This document shows positions 29,045-38,168 of a DNA stretch of 64,000 nt, piece after piece. The number at the start of each line of letters is the position of its first letter. The stretch's first letter is position 1. Below the pieces are notes generated by a model. That model was not told where the DNA came from and made no database searches. It saw only the letters and a list, made by a program, of their open reading frames with translations. The translations under genes and the position numbers were made by a program. This DNA comes from Flavobacteriales bacterium. GTDB lineage: Bacteria; Bacteroidota; Bacteroidia; Flavobacteriales_F; PHOS-HE28. The stretch covers positions 2,000 to 65,999 of the forward strand of contig DAOKZW010000001.1 in assembly GCA_035325445.1 (NCBI GenBank). Direction: 5' to 3'.

Positions 29045-30054
29045 AAAAGCGTGAGCTCCCTGTTCGCCTTCACCTTGCTCTTTCTTACTGCTTTGGCATC
29101 CTCTGAAGGCAGATCATAGCACTCCTTCACCGCCTTGGCCAGCTGGTAGGCCAGCAATGGGGGCACCGCGTTACCGATCTGATTGAACTGCTGCGTCTCG
29201 TTACCCATGAACTCGAAATGGTCAGGGAAGCTCTGTAATCGGGCCGCCTCACGAACCAGGATCCTACGCCGTCGTCCATCTTCCAAACGCACGCGATGCA
29301 TATCCCCTGTCGCCCCGGCCAAATTGCGGCAGGTCAGCGTGCGTGCCGGGCGATCCCCGTACAGGTCACGAGGATTGATGCACTGCGAGGCCTTTTCGTA
29401 CTTGGCCACGTAGGCGTCCATGGCCGGAGTGAGGAACTTGCTCTCCGGCGGGGTCGTGAACATCATGTCTCCAATGGCTTCCGCCACCGTGACCTTTCGT
29501 CTACGCGCCACGGGGAATTGGAATGAGGAACGGTGCCCTACCACAAAGAGCCTTTCGCGGTTCTGCGGAACTCCGAAATTGACCGCATTCAGCAACCGGT
29601 AGTCCAACCGATACCCGAGCTTGACCAGCTCCTCCAGGATCAGCTCGAAGTACCACTTGTTCGCATAGAGTAAGCCGCGCACGTTCTCGAACATGAAAAC
29701 TTTGGGCTGCAATCGCTTCACGGCATCGATGAAGATGGGGAAACCGTCGCGGGCATCCTCCATGCCGCGCTGGTGGCCACCCACGCTGAATGGTTGGCAA
29801 GGCGGACCACCGATCACAATGTCGGCCTCCGGATACTCGAACCCCACTTCCAACTTCACTGCGTGACACTCGCTGCCCAGGTTGTGCCTGTAACTCTCGG
29901 CGGCAGCCTCATTCATCTCGTAGCCGATAGTCTTGAAGCCAACAGCCTCAAAGCCCAAGGCCAAACCGCCACAGCCCGCGAACAAGTCCAGTACCACTGC
30001 CTCCTCGGTGTGGCGGGGTACCAGTAGTTCGTTGAGTTCTGCGACGTAGGACAT
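29041..30054 (-). CDS. DNA (cytosine-5)-methyltransferase
   Basis: Motif I DLFAGCGG, motif IV GGPPCQPFS, motif VI ENV, motif VIII QNRERLFVVG and motif X GNAV, with a variable TRD between VIII and IX. Confidence 0.9.
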   Translation of the reverse strand: MSYVAELNELLVPRHTEEAVVLDLFAGCGGLALGFEAVGFKTIGYEMNEAAAESYRHNLGSECHAVKLEVGFEYPEADIVIGGPPCQPFSVGGHQRGMEDARDGFPIFIDAVKRLQPKVFMFENVRGLLYANKWYFELILEELVKLGYRLDYRLLNAVNFGVPQNRERLFVVGHRSSFQFPVARRRKVTVAEAIGDMMFTTPPESKFLTPAMDAYVAKYEKASQCINPRDLYGDRPARTLTCRNLAGATGDMHRVRLEDGRRRRILVREAARLQSFPDHFEFMGNETQQFNQIGNAVPPLLAYQLAKAVKECYDLPSEDAKAVRKSKVKANRELTLF

Positions 30055-30134
30055 TCAGGCTGCCAGAGTTCTTGGCAATCGGCTAGTGGCAAAGTAAAGC
30101 ACTAAGCCTGTGGAAAACTTCGCATGCGACTCAT

Positions 30135-32879
30135 ATGTGCAAAAGCTACCTTGTCATCTGCGCCTTCGACAAAATATTCGTCAATGCCGCTCGTCAAATG
30201 AAGGAAACTTCTACCTCCAGCGATCAGAACTCAACCTACATGGGCATTGAGCTACAGCACATCAAATGCCTCATAGCATCTCCATCCGATACCGGAGAAG
30301 AACGAGCTGCATGTGAAAGAGTTGTAGAGGAACTGAACAAAAGCATCGGTCTGTCACTTGGGGTCTTTTTGGAAACACGCATGTGGGAGCATGACACACA
30401 CCCAGCAATCGGAGAATATGCGCAAGGAGTCGTTAATGAACAGCTTGGCGACGACTACAAGATATTCATTGGGATCATGTACCAACGTTTTGGAACACCG
30501 ACAATAAATGCCGGTTCAGGAACAGAGGAAGAGTTCGACCGTGCAGTTACTCGACATCGGGAAGGCCAGGATGTTGAGGTAATGCTGTACTTCAATGACC
30601 AACCAGTTCCAGTACATGCGATTAACACAAACGACATTGATCGCATCAATGCATTCAAGAAAAGGGTCTCAGATGCAGGTGTGTACTATAAATCTTACTG
30701 TGGCGCATCAGACTTTGAAGGGATGCTCAGGCAGCATCTTACCAAGCAATTGATGAAGCTCTCTGGGGTGAGTGACCAAGGTGTTCTCGGCAACCATGGA
30801 GAGACCCCTCAAGAGTCGGCAGAAGAGGTTCTTCAAAAACGATTGAATGAAGCCTTAGTCAGCTTTTCTGGGCAACCCGTAATCTGGGTTGACCCGGTCC
30901 TGAGCAAGACCAATGACATATCATACAACGCGAACGCCAACTTCACAAGCCGTGTGAAACTTGAAGATCTAATCGATGAGCCGGACTCGGTGATTATCAA
31001 AGCTCCACCACAATTTGGGCTTACTTGCCTCGCCCATAGGTTGATTCTCGAAGCGTGGCGGAAGGGACAGCCATGGATTTACCTTGATTCCAAGGAGGTC
31101 AAGGCGCATCAGGCGCACAGAGTGGTGGAATCAGCCGCTGGCACCATGGGCTGGAGACTGGAAGACGTAATGTGCATCGTACTGGACTCGTGGAATTTTT
31201 ATGACGCGAAGGCACTTAAGAAACTTCGGACACTTTGTTCTACTCATCCGACTATCCCAATCATCGTGATGAACACGATAGATGAGACCAAGTTTGGGAA
31301 CGTGATTGAGGACAACGAGAAGATTGACCGGAACTTCAAAGTGCTGCACCTTCTAGCATTGCCAAGGACACAGTTGCGCAAGGTAGTAGCTCAGTATAAC
31401 GATGCCCGCGAAATCGGCGATGAGGACGTTGTACTCTCGAAAGTTGTGTCAGATCTTCAGTCGTTGAACATCCATCGTACTCCCTTCAACTGCTTGACGC
31501 TTTTGCGCGTCGCTGAGAGGGATTTCGACGAGAGCCCCGTGAACCGGACCAGGATGATTGAGATGGTCCTATTCGCACTTTTCAATATGGATGGCGTTCC
31601 TACCTACGCGTCACGCCTTGATTTGAAAGACTGTGAGTACATGCTCGGCCGACTCTGTGAGAGCATGATCCGAGATGGGTCATACCTATTCACACGAGAG
31701 CGATTCGTGTCCGCCCTGACCAACTTCGGAAAGGAGCAACTGATTGAATTGGACATTGAGAAGCTCTTTGAGGTTCTCTTCGCCAATCACATCATCGTTC
31801 GGCAAGATATAGGGTTCGTATTCCGTGCATCCTACTGGTTCTCATACTTCGCCGCGAAGCGCATGCACATCGACCCGAACTTCCGATCATTCATCTTCGA
31901 ATCGCGTAAGTACACGAGCATCCCGGAAATCATCGAGTTCTATACCGGTATTGACAGGAATCGAGCCGATGCACTCAAGGTTCTGTGTGAGGATCTGCGC
32001 GGAACCCGTGAATTGGTGAGTGCCAAGGTTGGCCTTCCGGAAAACATGAACCCCTATGACCACTTGAAGTGGCTGCCTACGGAGGACCAACTGGCAAGCA
32101 TTCAAGCCGACATCAGCCAAAGTGTACAACAATCCGGACTTCCGGATGAACTCAAGGACCAACATGCCGACAACGCCTACAACCAGCTCCGACCTTACAA
32201 CCAGAGCATACAAGACTTTTTTGAGAAATACTCAGTGTACAATCTCATACAAAAGGTAAGCGCTGCATCACGTGCGCTCAGAAACAGCGATTATGTTGAA
32301 CCCGGACTGAAGCGGGAGGTTCTTGCCGAACTCATGATGAGTTGGCAAGAGCTTTCAAAAGTCCTCATTGTCCTCGCCCCGGTTCTAGCTGCAAAAGGAG
32401 TAGCGGCGTATGAGGGTGCCACATTCTGGCTTGGGGACGGTTTTGGGGACACATTCACCGAACGCTTGCCGAAAATCATTCAAGCCCTTCCGACCAACAT
32501 TGTTGGCTTTTACAAGGACGATTTGGCCTCCGGGAAGATTGGTCCTCTTCTCTTCGACAGACTGATAACGGACGAGGACCCACTCCGCCGACACGAGTTG
32601 GCCTTGCTGACAATCTTCTCTCGCCCAACGGGCTGGAGAAGTCACATCGAAGGCTATATCGCTTCGGTGCACAAGAACTCGTTCTACCTTGCTGACTTGG
32701 TGATGGCGCTTCAGGTTCGCTATCGTTACGACTTCCTTGCAGACGGCGAGGCAAAGGACATCGAGTACCTCATCAAAATGGGTCTTGCCAAACACGAATT
32801 TGGGGACAAGCGTCCTGGCTTGGACAAGATCATAAGAATCTCGAATCGCGTCTTACCAAAGCGCGAGGGGGAAGAATAG
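30135..32879 (+). CDS. Large defense-island protein: N-terminal DUF4062-like domain, central STAND/NACHT-like NTPase with degenerate Walker A, C-terminal alpha-helical region
   Basis: 914-aa ORF at ~47% GC against a ~68% background. The N-terminus (KCLIASPSDTGEER...DYKIFIGIMYQRFGTP...SGTEEEFDRAV...VEVMLYF) fits the DUF4062 pattern. The central region has a P-loop-like IIKAPPQFGLTCLA with no Lys, Walker B-like MCIVLDSWNFYD and a sensor-like HRTPFNCLTLL. The start may be 30198 or 30240. Confidence 0.5.
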   Translation: MCKSYLVICAFDKIFVNAARQMKETSTSSDQNSTYMGIELQHIKCLIASPSDTGEERAACERVVEELNKSIGLSLGVFLETRMWEHDTHPAIGEYAQGVVNEQLGDDYKIFIGIMYQRFGTPTINAGSGTEEEFDRAVTRHREGQDVEVMLYFNDQPVPVHAINTNDIDRINAFKKRVSDAGVYYKSYCGASDFEGMLRQHLTKQLMKLSGVSDQGVLGNHGETPQESAEEVLQKRLNEALVSFSGQPVIWVDPVLSKTNDISYNANANFTSRVKLEDLIDEPDSVIIKAPPQFGLTCLAHRLILEAWRKGQPWIYLDSKEVKAHQAHRVVESAAGTMGWRLEDVMCIVLDSWNFYDAKALKKLRTLCSTHPTIPIIVMNTIDETKFGNVIEDNEKIDRNFKVLHLLALPRTQLRKVVAQYNDAREIGDEDVVLSKVVSDLQSLNIHRTPFNCLTLLRVAERDFDESPVNRTRMIEMVLFALFNMDGVPTYASRLDLKDCEYMLGRLCESMIRDGSYLFTRERFVSALTNFGKEQLIELDIEKLFEVLFANHIIVRQDIGFVFRASYWFSYFAAKRMHIDPNFRSFIFESRKYTSIPEIIEFYTGIDRNRADALKVLCEDLRGTRELVSAKVGLPENMNPYDHLKWLPTEDQLASIQADISQSVQQSGLPDELKDQHADNAYNQLRPYNQSIQDFFEKYSVYNLIQKVSAASRALRNSDYVEPGLKREVLAELMMSWQELSKVLIVLAPVLAAKGVAAYEGATFWLGDGFGDTFTERLPKIIQALPTNIVGFYKDDLASGKIGPLLFDRLITDEDPLRRHELALLTIFSRPTGWRSHIEGYIASVHKNSFYLADLVMALQVRYRYDFLADGEAKDIEYLIKMGLAKHEFGDKRPGLDKIIRISNRVLPKREGEE

Positions 32880-33077
32880 TCGTGTAACAGGCAACAGCGG
32901 TAACCCGGCGCTTGATTGGTCTTGCAGGCGCGAGCATCAAGGAGCCGACCGGAGGAAATCACCGCAGCGCCGCGACCGCTGGCCGCGACAAGTCCGGCTA
33001 TAGCGGATGGCCCGGCCCGTGCGTAGGCTTGTGCGCGAGGAAAGGGATACGCCCAAAGGCAATCCCGCAGGCTTCAT

Positions 33078-33689
33078 TCAATCCTGACGTACTTCGGGAT
33101 CCGTGACGTAATCCTTCACCCGTTCCCTGAGATAGAGGAATGCAAAAGGCAGTATGAGGGCACAGATGCCCAATGACACCCATGTAATGCCATTTGCGGC
33201 AATCACTATGGGCATGGCTATGAGCAGAGCCAATCCCGATACGCCTAATGGAAACAAGTTCGATAGGTCCCTTCGGGCAACGCAGAACAGCACATCGTCC
33301 AGCACCGAATCATAGCTCTTTCCCGGCTTGACCACAGGTCTGGTACCATTCACGGCGAGCGCTTCCTTGTTTCGGATTTCTTGCATCATCTCCCACTGCT
33401 TCGCCTTCGGAAACCGCAGCGGCTCATGGCGCACCAGCAGGCGGTGCATCCGATAATAGGCGATACGCGTATCCTCATACCGCAGGACTTCAAATCCCTT
33501 GCGGATGGACAGGAGTGCTTCATGGTCACCAGTGGGAATCACCTGCTTACACCTGCGCAGAAACTGGCGGAGGAGATGGATGTCCGAAAATCCAGGATCT
33601 ACGCCAAGAACGGCATAGTAGTTCGCCAAGATCAATGAATCAGATCCGTTCACGTTCCCGGTGCGAGCAACTTCTGCATGGTGCTCCAT
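33078..33689 (-). CDS. J-domain-like membrane protein (degenerate DnaJ domain, no HPD)
   Basis: NYYAVLGVDPGFSDIHLLRQFLRR resembles a J-domain helix II, but HPD is replaced by IPTGDH. Two C-terminal TM helices. Confidence 0.35.
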   Translation of the reverse strand: MEHHAEVARTGNVNGSDSLILANYYAVLGVDPGFSDIHLLRQFLRRCKQVIPTGDHEALLSIRKGFEVLRYEDTRIAYYRMHRLLVRHEPLRFPKAKQWEMMQEIRNKEALAVNGTRPVVKPGKSYDSVLDDVLFCVARRDLSNLFPLGVSGLALLIAMPIVIAANGITWVSLGICALILPFAFLYLRERVKDYVTDPEVRQD

Positions 33690-33694
33690 GTACC

Positions 33695-34960
33695 CTACAT
33701 ATTCCTCCTGTACTGCCCACCAACCTCAAACATGGCGGAGGTAAGCTGGCCGAGGCTACAGTACTTACACGCTTCCATCAGCACCGCAAACATGTTCTCG
33801 TTGCGGACCGCCGCCTGTTGGAGATCGTGCAAAGCTTTGGTGCTTTCCGCCGCGTAAGCGACCGTGAGGTTTTCCACGGTATGGATCTGATCCTCCTTTT
33901 CCTCTTCGGTGGCGCGGATCACCTCCTTGGGGATGATGGTGGGTGAGCCGCTGCTGCTGAGGAAGGTATTGACGCCCATGATGGGGTATTCGCCGCTGTG
34001 CTTGAGGCGCTCGTAGTAGAGGCTTTCCTCCTGGATCTGGCCGCGCTGGTACATGGTTTCCATGGCGCCCAGCACGCCGCCGCGCTCGGTGATGCGGTCG
34101 AACTCACTGAGCACGGCCTCTTCCACCAGGTCGGTGAGCTCCTCGATGATGAAGCTGCCCTGCAAGGGATTTTCGTTCTTGGCCAGGCCGAGCTCGTGGT
34201 TGATGATGAGCTGGATGGCGAGGGCGCGGCGCACGCTTTCCTCGGTGGGCGTGGTGATGGCCTCGTCGTAGGCGTTGGTGTGCAGGCTGTTGCAGTTGTC
34301 GTAAATGGCGTAGAGCGCCTGCAGCGTGGTGCGGATGTCGTTGAAATCGATCTCCTGCGCGTGCAGGCTGCGGCCGCTGGTCTGGATGTGGTACCGTGGG
34401 TGCCACTGCGGGCCTCGCTCCGGCATCACCGCCTTCGGCGGCCCTTCGGGCGAGCGCGCTCCTTGCGCCATACCGCGTTGCTTCCTCGGTCAGCTACCGG
34501 TTACGGTAGCCTCCCTCGTCGCGCCTTGTCTGGCACAAAGATCATCGCTCGTGCTTGCCGTTCGAGGCCCACAGAGGCACCCTGGCATCTGGCTGCGCTA
34601 TTCTCTGATCGAAGAACAGAAGGCGCGCCTGCCTGCCGAAGCGTCTTCGCGAAGGCATGGCCACGCGGCCCATCACGGCATACTCGGGGTCCATGCCGTT
34701 GCTGAAGAAGAAGCTCAGGTTCGGAGGGAAGGCGTTGATGTCCATGCCCCGACTGAGGTAGTACTCCACGTAGGTGAAGCCGTTCGCCAGCGTGAAGGCG
34801 AGCTGGCTGATGGGGTTGGCGCCGGCCTCCGCTATGTGGTAGCCGCTGATGCTTACGCTGTAGAAGTTGCGCACCTTCTTGTCGATGAAGTACTGCTGCA
34901 CGTCGCCCATGAGGCGCAGCGCGAACTCGGTACTGAAGATGCAGGTGTTCTGCGCCTGGT
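33695..34960 (-). pseudogene. Silent 3' copy A of icmF (mutase substrate-binding domain C-terminus), split by a ~270-nt insertion (track ORFs 33695..34471 and 34542..34910)
   Basis: Near-identical at protein level to the last ~360 aa of the intact icmF ([30 protein letters not shown]...[17 protein letters not shown]). There is no upstream coding continuation and the homology stops at ...TTCTGCGCCTGGT. Confidence 0.85.
34393..34662. mobile_element. MITE-like insertion inside icmF copy A
   Basis: ~270 nt replace 67 nt of the icmF sequence. Imperfect terminal inverted repeats (GGGTGCC-CTG-GGGCCTCG) flank an internal core shared with the insertion in copy B (CCTTCGGGCG.GCGCGCTC ... GCTACC-loop-GGTAGCCTCCCT ... 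GATCATCGC). Confidence 0.5.
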
Positions 34961-34989
34961 GGGTATGCCCGCCCTGAGCTTGTCGAAGG

Positions 34990-35160
34990 GTTGGGCGTGC
35001 CCCGGCTCAAATGCAGCCGGGTCGCGTGCTACGCTGTAGCCGGACTTGTCAGGGCCAGCGACTGCGGCACTTCGGGGTCACTCCTTCGTCGTGCCTCCTC
35101 GTTGCTCGCATCCACAAGGCCCTGCCTGTGCCGGGCTGGCGCTTCGCCCGCTCACGCAAC
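34990..35160. repeat. Conserved ~170-nt element X at the island-side boundary of icmF copy A
   Basis: It is ~90% identical to 40338..40510 next to copy B. It begins exactly where icmF homology ends and contains the hairpin CCCGGCT-CAAATGC-AGCCGGG. It is non-coding and lies ~150 nt upstream of the first plus-strand gene of the island. Confidence 0.55.
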
Positions 35161-35311
35161 GCACATTTGTTCTACCCAGCGTTGAACCTAGTAGGCAAGG
35201 TCTTGGCCCGTTATGAACAAATTGTTTGTATCTGATGCGTCAGTTCGTATACTTGTTCAGAGTAACAGAACGTTTTGCCGACGAACCGTAATGCAATAAG
35301 ACCAGACCACC

Positions 35312-37168
35312 ATGGCCGAACTCGAAGTACCCAAAGATGTTCCGTGGCACCTGCTATGCACAAGCCAAGACATGATGGACCCGAAGTTCTGCAACAAGAG
35401 CTTCCCATTCCCGTGGCGTTCATCGCTGGCAATATCCGCCTATGAAGTTCCGGAAGAGGACTTGCCGGAACCCTTCTGCAATGGCCGCCTGACCTACGTC
35501 AAACTGACCCTTTCCATCACGGGCTACCAACCCACGGATCAAGAAATTGAAGATGCCTATGTACAGTTCGGCAACACACCCGTTGAAGCCAACCTGGACG
35601 ACATCTTCGCAGAATACTTTGGGTGCTATGGGGCACTGCTCAACGTGGCCTTCTTTCCCAACTCAGCCCAGAGTTGGCCCACAAAGGACTTCCCTCGGAT
35701 CATCGCCATGGAACCCAAGGTTCGGGAGTTGATCCAAAGCGCCACGGAGTCGGGTGAGCTTTTGACCGCGACAAAGGGCAGCCTTTCGACTACGAAGACC
35801 AATTCGACCACGCGGGAAACGAAGACGGGGATCAAGGCCGATCTGGAGTCACCCATTCCAACCTTTGGAACTGATAAAGGGAAGGCAACATTGGGGTTTA
35901 CCCACAATTGGGGTCGGACACAGCAGGACACGTATCAGACAGTGGCCAATGCCTCCGATGAGCGTTCGGAGAAGGAAGGCCATACTACACAGCTTGAACA
36001 GCTGTACAACTTCTTGGCGGCTTATCATCAGGGCACCAACCGTGGCGTATTCCTGATGCTTCCCCGGCCCCACATCCTGCAACCCACCGACCGCAGGACT
36101 TTCGTGCAGGGTGTCCGTTCGATCGAAGGAATTCAGGAGTTCTTCCTCGCTGTGGTGCGACCTGCCGACATGGAAGGCATCTGCATCGAGGCCAGCTTGG
36201 ATACGGGGCATTTTCCGGAGGATGCTCGGATACTCCCTCCATTACCGAACTACCACGAAAAGACGGAAACCTTCATAATAGACAAGCATGTGCCCAACGG
36301 TGGCGGGCCGTGGGGGAGTGGGCAGCAGGTGTCCCTCAACCATACCCATACTGTTGCATCCGGATGGGTAGTGGACCAACGAACGTTCCCCTTCCCTCCA
36401 TTCCCCAAGGGTGATCCGGGACACATCGGCGTATCCGATCACATTGTCTCACAGAATTCCCAAGGCGCGCCGCAGAACTACAACTATCAGGCGACCAGCG
36501 CAACCACGGTGCAGGTCAGTGGTCATATTCAAAGTGGTACTTGGGGGATCGGGCATGGTGCCATTTTCAAGCATCTGTACACAGTGCATTGTCGTTCTGT
36601 GAACGAGATCGAATCCGACTTCCAGAACCTTCACCGGATCTCCGATCTGCTGATCACTTCCCGGAACCTGTGCTGCTGTTTCTATAAGGGGGCCACAGCA
36701 TGCCTGATCCAAGGCCCTGTGCCGCCCACGCCGCCCACGCCGGTGCCGGATACCCCATACAGCAGGATCGTGGAGCAGCGCGAATTGAAGATCCCCGCAA
36801 GCCTGCTTTCCGACCCGATCGCCGGAAAGAGCTTGGAACCGGCGACCAAAGGACTGCTGCGTGAATTGAAGGCGATCATGTCCACCAGCCGGGATGGCCG
36901 GTTCTCGCATACCAAGGATGGCATCAACTACCTGCAATCCGACCACTTCATCCGCAGGGTCATCGCCAAGTACCCCAAGGAGATAAGGGACGAGTTGTTG
37001 CGCAATGTCCCGGGCCTATCACCACACGTGGTGGATGCCTTTGGTAGCGAGGGCACGGTGGAAGAGGCGCTCTCGGTGACGCTGGCCAAGTTCATGGTCC
37101 GGACCGGCTTGGACCTGTCGAAATCTCTCGACGAACGGCAGTTGCTCATCAACCTGATAAAACGTTGA
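35312..37168 (+). CDS. Hypothetical 618-aa orphan protein (low-GC island)
   Basis: Long ORF with an ATG start and a GC content clearly below its surroundings. No signal peptide or recognisable catalytic motif. Its central Ser/Thr/Gly-rich alternating stretch is suggestive of beta-hairpins. Confidence 0.5.
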   Translation: MAELEVPKDVPWHLLCTSQDMMDPKFCNKSFPFPWRSSLAISAYEVPEEDLPEPFCNGRLTYVKLTLSITGYQPTDQEIEDAYVQFGNTPVEANLDDIFAEYFGCYGALLNVAFFPNSAQSWPTKDFPRIIAMEPKVRELIQSATESGELLTATKGSLSTTKTNSTTRETKTGIKADLESPIPTFGTDKGKATLGFTHNWGRTQQDTYQTVANASDERSEKEGHTTQLEQLYNFLAAYHQGTNRGVFLMLPRPHILQPTDRRTFVQGVRSIEGIQEFFLAVVRPADMEGICIEASLDTGHFPEDARILPPLPNYHEKTETFIIDKHVPNGGGPWGSGQQVSLNHTHTVASGWVVDQRTFPFPPFPKGDPGHIGVSDHIVSQNSQGAPQNYNYQATSATTVQVSGHIQSGTWGIGHGAIFKHLYTVHCRSVNEIESDFQNLHRISDLLITSRNLCCCFYKGATACLIQGPVPPTPPTPVPDTPYSRIVEQRELKIPASLLSDPIAGKSLEPATKGLLRELKAIMSTSRDGRFSHTKDGINYLQSDHFIRRVIAKYPKEIRDELLRNVPGLSPHVVDAFGSEGTVEEALSVTLAKFMVRTGLDLSKSLDERQLLINLIKR

Positions 37169-37171
37169 ACC

Positions 37172-37531
37172 ATGGCCATACAAGCAAAAGACATCATGGG
37201 CAAATGGGAGTTCACTGAAACCTTTATCGAGAGCAAGTCCATCCCGGTAGAGGCGCAGTGCTTTTACGACCTCGGTTTCGGCGGCTCCTTTACGTGTACG
37301 ACGATTGATAATGGGGTCAAAGTGGACATCCATGTACACGGACGATGGAGCTTTGATGAAAACAACGCCCAAATGGAGTTGGTCTTCAAGAGGGATGAGG
37401 ACTTGGGACTGCCTGACAGGCACTATCTGTGTGAGGTCACCAATGCGGACAACAGCACGCTCAAGTTCTCCTACAAGGACGTGAATGGGATCACCTCACA
37501 TGCCGTGCTCAAAGCGGTGGTACCCACATGA
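37172..37531 (+). CDS. Lipocalin-like domain protein
   Basis: 119 aa with the N-terminal GKWEF motif typical of lipocalin-like beta-barrel domains. It begins 4 nt after the upstream stop. Confidence 0.5.
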   Translation: MAIQAKDIMGKWEFTETFIESKSIPVEAQCFYDLGFGGSFTCTTIDNGVKVDIHVHGRWSFDENNAQMELVFKRDEDLGLPDRHYLCEVTNADNSTLKFSYKDVNGITSHAVLKAVVPT

Positions 37532-37601
37532 ACCATTCCGTGCAGATACGGCACCATTTTGCCCGGTTGGCACAGATTGTGGAACCAACGGAGAGGAAGA
37601 T

Positions 37602-38168
37602 ATGAGCGCATGGGGCAAGTATTTGGTGGTAGGCATGTTCATGTTTTGGAATGCGTGCAGTTCCCGGAAAATAGCTTTCATCCCCACGGAACCTGTTTCA
37701 CTGCCCACCGCTGAGGCTCTGCCTTACTCGTTCTGCCTGAGTGTTTCGGATGTGAAGGACACCATGCACATAGTGAGCCGCTATGCCGTGGTCCATGATG
37801 TCCGGCGCACCACAGCATTCGCGCTTGAGAAAGCCTTCGAGGCTTCGTTTCCATTGGTGCGAACCGATGGTGCCAACAACTGCCTCATGCTGAGGGTGGT
37901 TTCCGTGGCGGTGGACTATCGTCCGGTTGAACACTATCAGCACAGGCGATCGGATGGTTCTTCGAGCACCCAGCAGGTCTTCTTGGTCGATGTGGCATAC
38001 AAGGCCCTGCTGTACAATGCGGACACGCTCATTGCCGTGTTCGACAACGTCGTAAGCCATACCGAACTCAACACGTTCCGCAAGAACTTGAAAAGAGGCA
38101 TGGAACTGATGGCCGAAGATCTGAATGCCAAGGTGGTCCGGTTCATGCTGGGGCAGAAGGATGAATGA
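37602..38168 (+). CDS. Hypothetical lipoprotein
   Basis: The signal peptide and lipobox region (MSAWGKYLVVGMFMFWNACSS) were chosen as the start within track ORF 37485..38168. Confidence 0.35.
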   Translation: MSAWGKYLVVGMFMFWNACSSRKIAFIPTEPVSLPTAEALPYSFCLSVSDVKDTMHIVSRYAVVHDVRRTTAFALEKAFEASFPLVRTDGANNCLMLRVVSVAVDYRPVEHYQHRRSDGSSSTQQVFLVDVAYKALLYNADTLIAVFDNVVSHTELNTFRKNLKRGMELMAEDLNAKVVRFMLGQKDE

